Shown piece after piece: positions 47,391-56,151 of a DNA stretch of 64,000 bases. Position 1 is the stretch's first letter; each line of letters opens with the position of its first letter. The notes beneath the pieces are model-generated. The model saw only the letters and a program-made list of their open reading frames with translations, made no database searches and was not told where the DNA came from. The DNA comes from a bacterium (GTDB lineage Bacteria; UBA8248), in the NCBI GenBank assembly GCA_965219955.1, contig OZ244799.1, positions 3,200,001 to 3,264,000 of the forward strand, read 5' to 3'. Both the position numbers and the translations under genes were made by a program.

Positions 47391-50300
47391 ATGATCATGA
47401 CTCACCACTGGATGAAACTGGCGGCGCTGGCGGCGCTGCTCGCCGTGACCGCGTCCTGCAAAACGATGGATGAAGGCTCCGCTTCCGGGACGACGCCAGC
47501 CCCGGCCGCCGCTGTTGCCACGCGGGCGAAAAGCCCCGTCCCCGCGGGTTGCGCCGGCTGGAATACGAGCGCCTTCTTCAAAACCGCGACGCCCGAGAGG
47601 GTGAGCGCATGCCTCAAGAAGGGCGCCGACCCCAACGCGCGAGACCAATGGAACGATACTCCATTGCACTACGCAGCCCAGTCGAGCGAGAACCCCGCAG
47701 TCGCCGCCGCCCTGCTGGAAGCCGGGGCCGACCCGAACGCGTGGAACAAATTCGGGGGCACTCCTCTTGACTATGCGGCGTATCACGATAACCCCGCCGT
47801 AGCCGCTTTGCTCAGGAAAGCCGCTGTTGCGCCGCAGGCGGGCAAGCCCAGGCCCGCGCCCAAGAAGGCGACCGCCGCAAAGCGCACCGCGCGCGCCGCC
47901 GAGGCGCCGGCGAAAGAACCAAAAGCCGAAGCGAGCCGCGCACCGGCGGCTGCGACCAAAGAAAAGACCGCCGCCGCGAATTGTGGTGGCTGGAACACAC
48001 CCGCCTTTTGGCAAACCGTGACACCGGAGCACGTTGTGGCTTGTCTCAAAGCCGGCGCAGACCCCAACGCGCGGGACGAAAAAGGCTATACCCCCCTGCA
48101 TGAGGCGGCATGGTCGAACGAAAACTCCGCCGTCATCGCCGCATTGCTCAAGGCGGGCGCCGACCCCAACGCGAAGAACAATCTAGGCAATACCCCTCTG
48201 CGCGCAGCGGCCAACAACAAAAACCCCGCCGTCCTCGCCTTGCTCAAGAAAGCCGCCAGGGAGACGGGCGCACAGGGAAGAAAAGCCGAACCTGCACGCG
48301 AGAAAGCGACCGCCGCGAAGAAGATGGTGAGCAGCGACGCGGCCCCGAGCAGGAAGACGCATAAAGCCGCCGCCGCAAATTGCCCGGGCTGGAACACGCG
48401 AACTTTTTTCCTGGACGCGACGCCCGCGCGCGTGAGCGAATGCCTCAAGGCGGGCGAAAGCCCGAACGCGCGCGACCAGTGGCGCACTACCCCCTTGCAC
48501 TGGGTTGCGCTTTACAGCGAACACCCCGCCGTCGCCGCCGCGCTGATCGAAGCAGGCGCGGACCTCAACGCGCGTGACAAATGGGGCAATACTCCCCTGA
48601 ATAGCGCGCTCAAGAACCGCAACCCCGCCGTCGCCTCTTTGCTCAGGAAAGTCGCCGGGAAGACGGGCGTACAGGCAAGAAAAGCCGAACCTGCGCCCGA
48701 GAAAGCGACCGCCGCGAAGAAGATGGTGAGCAGCGACGCGGCCCCGAGCAGGAAGACACATAAAGCCGCCGCCGCAAGTTGCCCGGGATGGAACACGCCG
48801 GACTTCTTCAAAACCGCAACGCCCGAGGAAGTAAACGAATGCATCAAGGCCGGCGCCGACCCCAAGGCGCGCGACGAATGGGGCAGGACCCCCCTGCACC
48901 GGGCGTCGCTCTACAACAAGAACCCCGCCGTCGTCGCCGCATTGCTTAAAGCCGGGGCGGAGCCGAAAACGCCGAACAAATGGGGCTCTACCCCCCTCCA
49001 TAATGCAGCCCGGAACGAGAATCCCGCCGTCGCCGCCGCGTTGCTGGAAGCCGGAGCCGACCCGAACGCGCGGGACAAATACGGCAAGACCCCTATCCAT
49101 TGGGTCAGATATAACGACAACTCCGCCGTCGTCGCATTGCTCAGGAAGGCCGCCGGGGAGTCCCCGCAAGTGAGCAGGCCCGAGCCTGCGCCCGCGAAGG
49201 CGAGCGCTCCAAAGAGCGTGGCGCGCGCCGACGAGGCTCCGGCGAAAGAAACGAAAGCCGTAGCGAGCCGCGCACCGGCGGCTTCGGGCAAAGAAAAAAA
49301 CGCCGACGTGAATTGCACGGGCTGGAACACGCGCGACTTTTTCACGGACGCGACTCCCGAGCACATGAGCGAATGTCTCAAGGCCGGGGCCGACCCGAAC
49401 GCGCGCGGCGAATGGGGCAGGACCCCCCTACATTGGGCGGCGCTTTACAACAAGAACCCCGCAATCGTCGCCAGCTGCGCGGGCTGGAATACGTTGGCCT
49501 TCTTCCAGGCCGCGACGCCCGCGCGCATGAGCGAATGTCTCAAGGCCGGGGCCGACCCGAACGCGCGCGACGAGTGGGATAGGACCCCCCTGCATTGGGC
49601 GGCGCTTTACAACAAGAACCCCGCCGTCGTCGCCGCATTGCTGAAAGCCGGGGCCAATCCGAACGCGCGGGACAGTTTCGGCAAGACTCCTCTCCAAAGG
49701 GCCGGATTGAACGGCAACCCCGCCGTGGCCGCTTTGCTCAATAAAGCCGCCGGCGAGTCCGCGCAAGTGAGCAAGCCCGAGCCTACGCCCGAGAAAGCGA
49801 CCGCCGCGAAGAAGGTGGTGAGCAGCGACGCGGCAGCGAGCAGAAAGACGCATAAAGCCGTCGCCGCACTGCTCAAAGCGGGCGCAGACCCCAATGCGCG
49901 CGACAAACAGGGCAATACCCCCTTGCACACGGCAGCCCGCTGGAACAAGAATCCCGTTGTCGTCGCCACCCTGGTAAAAGCGGGTGCAGACCCCAATGCG
50001 CGCGATAAGCAGGGCGATACCCCCTTGCACGGTGCAGCCCAATCGAACAAGAACTTCCCCGTCGCCGCCGCCCTGCTCAAAGCGGGCGCAGACCTCAACG
50101 CGCGCAATCAATATGACGCTATTCCCTTACACTACTCAGCCTTGAACAAGAACCCCGCTGTCTTCGCCACACTGCTCAAAGCGGGCGCAGACCTCAACGC
50201 GCGCAATAAACGGGGCTATACCCCCTTGCACACGGCAGCCCGCTGGAACAAGAACCCCGCCGCCGCCACCCTGTTAAAAGCGGGCGCAGACCCCAATGCG

Positions 50301-51857
50301 CGCGACAAGTGGGGCTATACCCCCTTGCACGGTGCAGCCTCGAACAAGAACCCCGCCGCCGTCGCCGCCTTGGCAAAAGCGGGCGCAGACCTCAACGCGC
50401 GCGATAAACGGGGCTATACCCCCTTGCACATAGCAGCCTTGAAAAAGAACTTCGCCGCCGCCGCCGCCCTGCACAAAGTCGGAGCAGACCTCAACGCGCG
50501 CGATAAACGGGGCAATACCCCCTTGCACAGGGCAGCCCGCTGGAACAAGAACCCCGCCGTCGCCGCCGCCCTGGCAAAAGCGGGCGCAGACCTCAACGCG
50601 CGCGACAAAAAAGGCAATACCCCCTTGCACTGGGCAGCCCGCTGGAACAGGAGCCCCGCCGTCCTCGCCGCCCTGTTGAAAGCCGGGGCCGACGTGAGTG
50701 CAAAATCGAAACACGGCATTACCCCCCTACGAACAGCGGCAAATGCCTACAAACCGAATCTCGCCGTCCTCGCCCCCCTGGTAAAGGCCGGCGCGGATCC
50801 GAATGATCGGGACGGGCGCGGGGATACCTTGTTGCACGACGCCTTCCAGGCGGGAAACTCCGCTGTCGCCATCGCCCTGCTCCAGGCCGGGGCGGACCCC
50901 AACATCAAAAACCGCGACGGGGACAGGGCGGAGGACAAGGACAAAAAGGGCATCGCAAAGCGCGCGGACGTCAGGCAGGCCCTGGCCAAGGCGGGTTCAC
51001 TGGGGCGCGCATACGGATCGGAGAAGAAGAAAAGAGAACGGGCGCGCAGAAGGGCCGCACAGCGAGCGCGCTCGTACAGTTCCTCGCCATCCTACTCGTC
51101 CGGCTCCAGCCGCTCCTACTCGTCCAGGCGGCGCTCCTCTTCTAGTTCGGGGGGGCTTTTCCAGGCCACCGGGGGCCAGAGGGCGCTTGAGCGCATACGG
51201 CGGCAGCGCAGGGCGCAGGAGCGCGAGAACGCGAGAATCCGCGCGGAGAACAGACGCAAACAGGCCGAATACAGAAGACGGCAGGCGGAGGCGCGCAGAC
51301 GGGCGGAGGCCAGAAGGCAGCGCGAGGAGACCCGGAGACAGGCGGAATACAGGAAACGGCAAGAAGAAAACAGGCGCCGCCGAGAGGAGGCGAGGCGCGA
51401 ACGGCAGGCGCGCCTGCGCCAGGAAGCCAGGAGACGCGAGGAGATGGCCGCAAGGCGGCGCGCCGAACGCCTGAGACAACAACAAGCCCGAACGCGGACG
51501 ACCTGGAGGCCGAAGCAGGCGCTCAACGCCGACGCCGCGCACTGCCTGAAAAGGAAGCGATTAAAGGGCGGGTTCAACGTAGCCGACAACGAGATAACGA
51601 ACACGTGCAGCTACACGATTGAAGTCGTTGGGGTGTGTCTTGGCGAATACCCTTTCAAGGCGAATTATCCCTTCAAAGGCGCCTACACTTCCCCCGGTGC
51701 TTGGGGGAAGACGCTTCGGCCCAACAGATGGGAGCCCGACCCGAATATGGACATATGCCACAACAGAGGTCGAACCGCTCGACATATCGCTTGCAAAGCC
51801 CCGTTCACTCCACGCTTCCTGTCGGCGAACGGGGGCACTTACGGCTGTTTCGAGTAG
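47391..51857 (+). CDS. Giant ankyrin-repeat lipoprotein with coiled-coil stalk and Cys-rich C-terminal domain
   Basis: Lipobox-like signal (LAALLAVTASC); six C-x-G-W-N-T-capped ankyrin modules; about 10 tandem GADxNARD..G.TPLH repeats; Ser-rich and Arg/Glu/Gln-rich segments; 6-Cys tip. Start may be 47397. Confidence 0.93.
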   Translation: MIMTHHWMKLAALAALLAVTASCKTMDEGSASGTTPAPAAAVATRAKSPVPAGCAGWNTSAFFKTATPERVSACLKKGADPNARDQWNDTPLHYAAQSSENPAVAAALLEAGADPNAWNKFGGTPLDYAAYHDNPAVAALLRKAAVAPQAGKPRPAPKKATAAKRTARAAEAPAKEPKAEASRAPAAATKEKTAAANCGGWNTPAFWQTVTPEHVVACLKAGADPNARDEKGYTPLHEAAWSNENSAVIAALLKAGADPNAKNNLGNTPLRAAANNKNPAVLALLKKAARETGAQGRKAEPAREKATAAKKMVSSDAAPSRKTHKAAAANCPGWNTRTFFLDATPARVSECLKAGESPNARDQWRTTPLHWVALYSEHPAVAAALIEAGADLNARDKWGNTPLNSALKNRNPAVASLLRKVAGKTGVQARKAEPAPEKATAAKKMVSSDAAPSRKTHKAAAASCPGWNTPDFFKTATPEEVNECIKAGADPKARDEWGRTPLHRASLYNKNPAVVAALLKAGAEPKTPNKWGSTPLHNAARNENPAVAAALLEAGADPNARDKYGKTPIHWVRYNDNSAVVALLRKAAGESPQVSRPEPAPAKASAPKSVARADEAPAKETKAVASRAPAASGKEKNADVNCTGWNTRDFFTDATPEHMSECLKAGADPNARGEWGRTPLHWAALYNKNPAIVASCAGWNTLAFFQAATPARMSECLKAGADPNARDEWDRTPLHWAALYNKNPAVVAALLKAGANPNARDSFGKTPLQRAGLNGNPAVAALLNKAAGESAQVSKPEPTPEKATAAKKVVSSDAAASRKTHKAVAALLKAGADPNARDKQGNTPLHTAARWNKNPVVVATLVKAGADPNARDKQGDTPLHGAAQSNKNFPVAAALLKAGADLNARNQYDAIPLHYSALNKNPAVFATLLKAGADLNARNKRGYTPLHTAARWNKNPAAATLLKAGADPNARDKWGYTPLHGAASNKNPAAVAALAKAGADLNARDKRGYTPLHIAALKKNFAAAAALHKVGADLNARDKRGNTPLHRAARWNKNPAVAAALAKAGADLNARDKKGNTPLHWAARWNRSPAVLAALLKAGADVSAKSKHGITPLRTAANAYKPNLAVLAPLVKAGADPNDRDGRGDTLLHDAFQAGNSAVAIALLQAGADPNIKNRDGDRAEDKDKKGIAKRADVRQALAKAGSLGRAYGSEKKKRERARRRAAQRARSYSSSPSYSSGSSRSYSSRRRSSSSSGGLFQATGGQRALERIRRQRRAQERENARIRAENRRKQAEYRRRQAEARRRAEARRQREETRRQAEYRKRQEENRRRREEARRERQARLRQEARRREEMAARRRAERLRQQQARTRTTWRPKQALNADAAHCLKRKRLKGGFNVADNEITNTCSYTIEVVGVCLGEYPFKANYPFKGAYTSPGAWGKTLRPNRWEPDPNMDICHNRGRTARHIACKAPFTPRFLSANGGTYGCFE

Positions 51858-51964
51858 GGATCCGGCGGGACGACGGACTTGGATGAGCGCCGAGAACACG
51901 GGAGAGCGACCCCTGCAGCGAGGAGGGGCCTTCTCCCGGTACGGGCGCGGGGTATATACGAAAC

Positions 51965-52222
51965 TTGGAGCGTATGCGAACGGACACCGATTGGCAGGTA
52001 TGCCGAGCTTCGGTGAATGCGAGCGCGAACGATTTTCACCGCAAGTGCGTGAGCAAGAAACGAGCATGCAACGGGCAAGGAGGGAAATTCACTTACGACG
52101 TACGCGTGCGCAATCCCAAGATCGGGTCCTGCGAACATACCTGGGAGATGACGTCGAGGTGCACGCCTTATCGGCCCTGGTCCTTTACGCCGAGCCTCGG
52201 AACCAGCGACGCCGTCCGGTAG
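51965..52222 (+). CDS. Small Cys-rich ORF or gene fragment (possible orphan C-terminal module)
   Basis: The frame is open from 51887 to TAG 52222 with 6 Cys; no convincing RBS or start; directly follows the ankyrin gene. Confidence 0.35.
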   Translation: MERMRTDTDWQVCRASVNASANDFHRKCVSKKRACNGQGGKFTYDVRVRNPKIGSCEHTWEMTSRCTPYRPWSFTPSLGTSDAVR

Positions 52223-52244
52223 GCGGATGACGTCCCGGCTCTCC

Positions 52245-52401
52245 CTCGATACGGCGCGCAAGCGCGCCTGCTCGGAATGAGGGAGGGCGCCCTCGTATCG
52301 ACCTCGCCCTGCGAAGCCGCGAAGCCCTCCAACGCTCCTCACCCCGAGCCGCCGCCGAAGAGCCTGCCCTGAACTTGTCGAAGGGCGGCGTATTGAAGGG
52401 T
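52245..52401. repeat. CTCGATACGGCGC / CTTGTCGAAGGG palindrome family copy
   Basis: CCCTCGATACGGCGCGCAAGCGCGCCT..TCGG.ATGA matches 13710-13747; CCTCACCCCGAGCCGCCGCCGAAG...GCGGCGTATTGAAGGG matches 46540-46580. Confidence 0.8.
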
Positions 52402-52619
52402 TCGGGGCGGTAAATGCGCCGCCCGCGCCTCGGCGGGACCGGTACAGGTTTTTCGCGCACGATTCCACCTCGCCCAGACAGCGGACCGGACAGGCGCAGG
52501 GGCCTACCCAAAGACTGCGTTTTCGCAGGGGAGAACCTGCGCATTTGCCCGCATTTGCCGTCATAGCGTTATTTCGGACATCACAAAATTCGCCATAAGG
52601 ATATCGGCAACGTTCTTCG

Positions 52620-52648
52620 TTGCGTTTGCGAAATAAAAACTACATAAT
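52620..52648 (+). promoter_or_regulatory. Putative sigma70 promoter of the three-gene operon
   Basis: TTGCGT (52620-52625), 17 bp, CATAAT (52643-52648) in an AT-rich stretch upstream of ATG 52690. Confidence 0.5.
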
Positions 52649-52689
52649 CCACTACCGTCTAAATTTCTATCACAGGAAGGCCGCATTGT

Positions 52690-53376
52690 ATGAATCAGAC
52701 GCAACCTCCTGATTCTCATGGGGGAAATGAAACCAAACTGATCGAGTTATCCGTCGTGCTGGTGGCGAATTCCAATAATCCATCTATCATCAATCCCGAC
52801 TTCCTGCGCTACAACAAAATCGTGGACGACAGCTATGAGGTTCAAGACTCACCCATTTCCACGCCTGCATTTTCCCAGGTGATATTCAAAAATGGGATTA
52901 CAATAGTGTCGGATCCTGCTCGTGTCATAATTGGACAGTCTGGAACTTTAGACAGAAAGAATGTCGTGTCTCCTGAAGTCGCGAAGCGCTATTTAGAATG
53001 TGTTCCCCACGTACCTTACCGCGCCATCGGCATTAACCCGAAAGGTATTGTGTCTGGGCAAGAACCAAATCCTGTTGTCAATATGGTTCGCGACAATGGC
53101 TTATGGATGTCATTCAAGGACGTGATTCCTGAGGGCCAGCTAAAAGCCATATATCGCTACACAGAGAGAACTATTTTCCTTGATATCGGCGGTGCGGACG
53201 TAGCGGAAAACGATCAAACAACATCTGGAACACTGTTTCAGGCGAATATTCATCGTGAGTTGACGGAGACGGATGCGGAGTCTCGCATCACGCGTTTATG
53301 GTCGATTCTGGATTCTTGGGGTAGCGATCTGGAGGACTTTTACAATTTAACGAGCAAGTTCTGTGGGGAGGGATGA
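52690..53376 (+). CDS. Hypothetical protein (TIGR04255-like), gene 1 of coupled trio
   Basis: SVVLV...NPSIINPDFL, AIGIN and ANIH patterns recall the TIGR04255-like family; lower GC; overlaps the next gene by 4 bp. Confidence 0.6.
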   Translation: MNQTQPPDSHGGNETKLIELSVVLVANSNNPSIINPDFLRYNKIVDDSYEVQDSPISTPAFSQVIFKNGITIVSDPARVIIGQSGTLDRKNVVSPEVAKRYLECVPHVPYRAIGINPKGIVSGQEPNPVVNMVRDNGLWMSFKDVIPEGQLKAIYRYTERTIFLDIGGADVAENDQTTSGTLFQANIHRELTETDAESRITRLWSILDSWGSDLEDFYNLTSKFCGEG

Positions 53377-54071
53377 TGTCCATTGCAACAGGTCCGGAAC
53401 CAATACCGGATTCAGAGACGGCAGCCGACATTGAGCAACTGGTAGCCGATTTTGAGCATCGGGGTTCACATCTGAATCTGGGCGCGAGGTCGGTTCACAG
53501 GATACATGTAGTCGGCAGGACCAGTTTCAGTTCTTCGAGTTGGTTTCCAGCGGTTCGAAAAACACTTTTTGAGGATGCTCCACAACCTGAATCACAACCC
53601 GGCAATATCTTGTCCTGTATATTGCCGTTTCTTCATCCGGGGCAATCGAAGCTCAAGCCACGGGATTGGGTTTTGCTTGGAGAGTTCGCCACACATGGCG
53701 CAGAGCACTTCCCCATACAACTTGCCGACGCCTTGCGCGATCTCGATGAAGTCGTCGAGGAAGCTGAAGAAGAAGGGTTTCCCGTACCGAAAGAGGTTGT
53801 TCTCGAAGATGCGAAACGGTTGTTGAGGGAAATGTACGCCATATCGCCACGCCGCTTCGAGGTTTATCCCATGCCGGACGGCGAAGTCGCCATCGACGCG
53901 CCAGATGGAAAAGGAAGTTCCGTGCTGCTCTTGTGCGATTCGGAAGGCGGCGCGTTGTGCCTGGTCAACATGAAAGGCAAACATCGACGCGCCCGGTATT
54001 CCACCACCGAAACGCTTCCTGACGGATTCATTCGTGAAGCCATCGCAGAACTTGAACGACAGAACGATTGA
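53373..54071 (+). CDS. Hypothetical protein (putative antitoxin/immunity), gene 2 of trio
   Basis: Loosely structured N-terminal half; acidic C-terminal domain (LRDLDE...GFPVP...AKRLL...VYPMPDGEVAI); 4-bp overlaps on both sides. Confidence 0.6.
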   Translation: MMSIATGPEPIPDSETAADIEQLVADFEHRGSHLNLGARSVHRIHVVGRTSFSSSSWFPAVRKTLFEDAPQPESQPGNILSCILPFLHPGQSKLKPRDWVLLGEFATHGAEHFPIQLADALRDLDEVVEEAEEEGFPVPKEVVLEDAKRLLREMYAISPRRFEVYPMPDGEVAIDAPDGKGSSVLLLCDSEGGALCLVNMKGKHRRARYSTTETLPDGFIREAIAELERQND

Positions 54072-54505
54072 ACCCTGAGAAACCACCCGAGAACATCGGG
54101 CAGGACGAGGAACTCGGGCGCGGCGTATTCTCAAGACGCAGAGCGAGACGTGCACAACGCTCAAGAGTCCCAGCGGATGTATTTTTAGAAAAAGAAGGCG
54201 AACCCAAGATTTCCGTTGACAGGCTGAGCTTGGCGCCGATGGATAAGGCCGTCGAGATTGCCGAGGATGTAGCCTCGAATCGTCCTAACGCTACCTTCTG
54301 CGGTTGGGCTTTCCTCACCGCCTCAAGCGCACGGGAAAATGAACGAGAAGCCGTTGCTTCACCGAAAGAAAATAACCCATATCACGCCGATATCGTATTG
54401 CCCCAAGCAGCGGTCGAAGATCGAGAAGAACAAAAACGGCACGCGCTGGAACTGGCTGATGCTTCAAGCTGGCGAGAACGCCCGAACCCTTCCCAGAACA
54501 CTTGA
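54068..54505 (+). CDS. Hypothetical protein, possible ADP-ribosyltransferase-fold toxin, gene 3 of trio
   Basis: 145 aa with EELGRGVF ... VF ... ISVDR ... NPYHADI; TTGA overlap with gene 2. Confidence 0.55.
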   Translation: MNPEKPPENIGQDEELGRGVFSRRRARRAQRSRVPADVFLEKEGEPKISVDRLSLAPMDKAVEIAEDVASNRPNATFCGWAFLTASSARENEREAVASPKENNPYHADIVLPQAAVEDREEQKRHALELADASSWRERPNPSQNT

Positions 54506-54534
54506 ACTCCTTTCGCGTCCACCGCCATCTGCAA

Positions 54535-55632
54535 TCAGCTACCAGCCTTCGTCCATTCGAGACGCTTCTTCAACCTGTTCAGAGGATGCCCCCAGGGCAG
54601 ACGGCGTTCGTGTTGAAGCCTGCCGATTACGATGCCCGGGGCGATGCCCTGCTCCTCCGCGAACCGCCGAACAGTCGAGACATTTTGGGGCTTTTCCTCG
54701 ACAAACTGCTCCCAAACCTCACTCGGGATCAGGAAATCCGCAGCCCAGCGGTTCGCTTCGGCTTCGTGTCCTTCCGCGCCGTTTTCTTTCGAGTCAATGA
54801 AAACGTCTTTCTTGCTGTGCAGCAGGATGTGCGCGGCTTGGTGGAACAAGGTGAACCAGAGATGATCGTCCGTCTTGTGGCGCGCGCTCAGGGCGATCAC
54901 CGCCTTTTGGCTCGAAAGCCACCATGCGGCGCCGCTGATGGCGGCCTTCGGCAAGGGTGGTATCAAGGCCAGGACGACGCCCGATTCATTGCAACGCTCG
55001 CCCGCCCTGCGAATCGCTTCGCCGAACGGTTCGCGCGTGAGCGTACGGATTTCCCTTAGGGATTGCTTGAAGCGAGCCGCGTTGAACTCGGCGCAAGTTT
55101 GCCGTTCGGCTTCAAGCTCACTCAGTCTGCGCCAGGTCGCCAGAGCGCATTCGTCGCTCTCGAAGCTCGGCGAATGCCGGTAGTTGACACTCGCCCATCC
55201 ATATTTGACGGCCCAGGCTTCGACCGAGCCGACGCCGAAAAAGGCGAGCAGTCCCGACACGCTATCGGCGCTCGAGGACGGCTTATCCATCACCCCGCGC
55301 TTGACAAGAGCGTTTACGGGAAAGCGCTTTGCCCACGAAATGGATTTTGCCGCTTGTTTGGCTTCGGCTTCCTGCGCCCGGTGGAGCTTGTAGTCGGACT
55401 CCAGCCCAAGCCAGATATGAGCGGCCACTCCCGTTACCTTCTCGAATTGAAGGGCCGTCTCCGGTTCCACGGGAGCCTTTCCCGCGACGATTTCGCTGAT
55501 GAGTTTGGGTGAACGGCCGCACCGGCGGGCGAAATCCGCATACGACATGTCATGCGCCTCCAGGCGTTCCGCAAGTATCGTTCCGGGCGCAACTGCGTAG
55601 TCCGGCTGGTACGCATTGGCTGGTCCGATCAT
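54535..55632 (-). CDS. higA: HigA-family antitoxin (HTH XRE) fused to ImmA/IrrE-type peptidase domain
   Basis: YAVAPGTILAERLE, HTH, TALQFEKV, WLGLESDY; WFTLFHQAAHILLH, EAEANRWAADFLIP. Confidence 0.9.
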   Translation of the reverse strand: MIGPANAYQPDYAVAPGTILAERLEAHDMSYADFARRCGRSPKLISEIVAGKAPVEPETALQFEKVTGVAAHIWLGLESDYKLHRAQEAEAKQAAKSISWAKRFPVNALVKRGVMDKPSSSADSVSGLLAFFGVGSVEAWAVKYGWASVNYRHSPSFESDECALATWRRLSELEAERQTCAEFNAARFKQSLREIRTLTREPFGEAIRRAGERCNESGVVLALIPPLPKAAISGAAWWLSSQKAVIALSARHKTDDHLWFTLFHQAAHILLHSKKDVFIDSKENGAEGHEAEANRWAADFLIPSEVWEQFVEEKPQNVSTVRRFAEEQGIAPGIVIGRLQHERRLPWGHPLNRLKKRLEWTKAGS

Positions 55633-55645
55633 GATTTGAACCTCC

Positions 55646-55981
55646 TCAATGGTAGTCGACCACCTCGATGATGATCATCGAAGTGACCTGGCTCAGGTCG
55701 ATACCGCCGTCATCCTTTTCGGGAACCGGATCGTGGTTCGGCTTGAAGACGAGCCTTCGGGGATGAACGAGATCGACGGCGTATTGCCCTTCGCGCTTTG
55801 CTTTCAGGGGATGACACCGCTCCGGCGGCGTCGACGGCACGTCCGCCAACGTCCGGGCGTTGCTTAAAACCGCCAGACGCGACTTGAGCCTCTCCGCCAT
55901 GCGTCCGCCATACGCCTTTTGAAGTTCGTTCTCTGAGTTGAGTGTCTTCTCAAGTTTTCTGGTTCGGAAAGCGATGTCCAC
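55646..55981 (-). CDS. higB: HigB/RelE-family toxin
   Basis: DIAFRTRKLEK, PPERCHPLK..REGQYAVDL.HP.RLVF.P, IIIEVVDYH; lies upstream of higA; GTG start at 55981. Confidence 0.9.
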   Translation of the reverse strand: MDIAFRTRKLEKTLNSENELQKAYGGRMAERLKSRLAVLSNARTLADVPSTPPERCHPLKAKREGQYAVDLVHPRRLVFKPNHDPVPEKDDGGIDLSQVTSMIIIEVVDYH

Positions 55982-56151
55982 TTCGCCAACTTTCGGGCGG
56001 CAACCAGGGAACGAGTTTATTTTGTTACCTATCAGGTAATGATATAGATAAACATATGGGCCGTCAAGTATGGGTGCACAGGAAGGCCGGGTCGCGACCT
56101 GTCCCTGCCACTTCGACGCCTCCTTCCTCCCCGTTCGGGCTTGCCGCGCAT

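Noticed and set aside
47391-52222. Diversity-generating retroelement at the ankyrin locus
   Set aside because: There is no reverse transcriptase, and differences between repeats are not confined to adenines.
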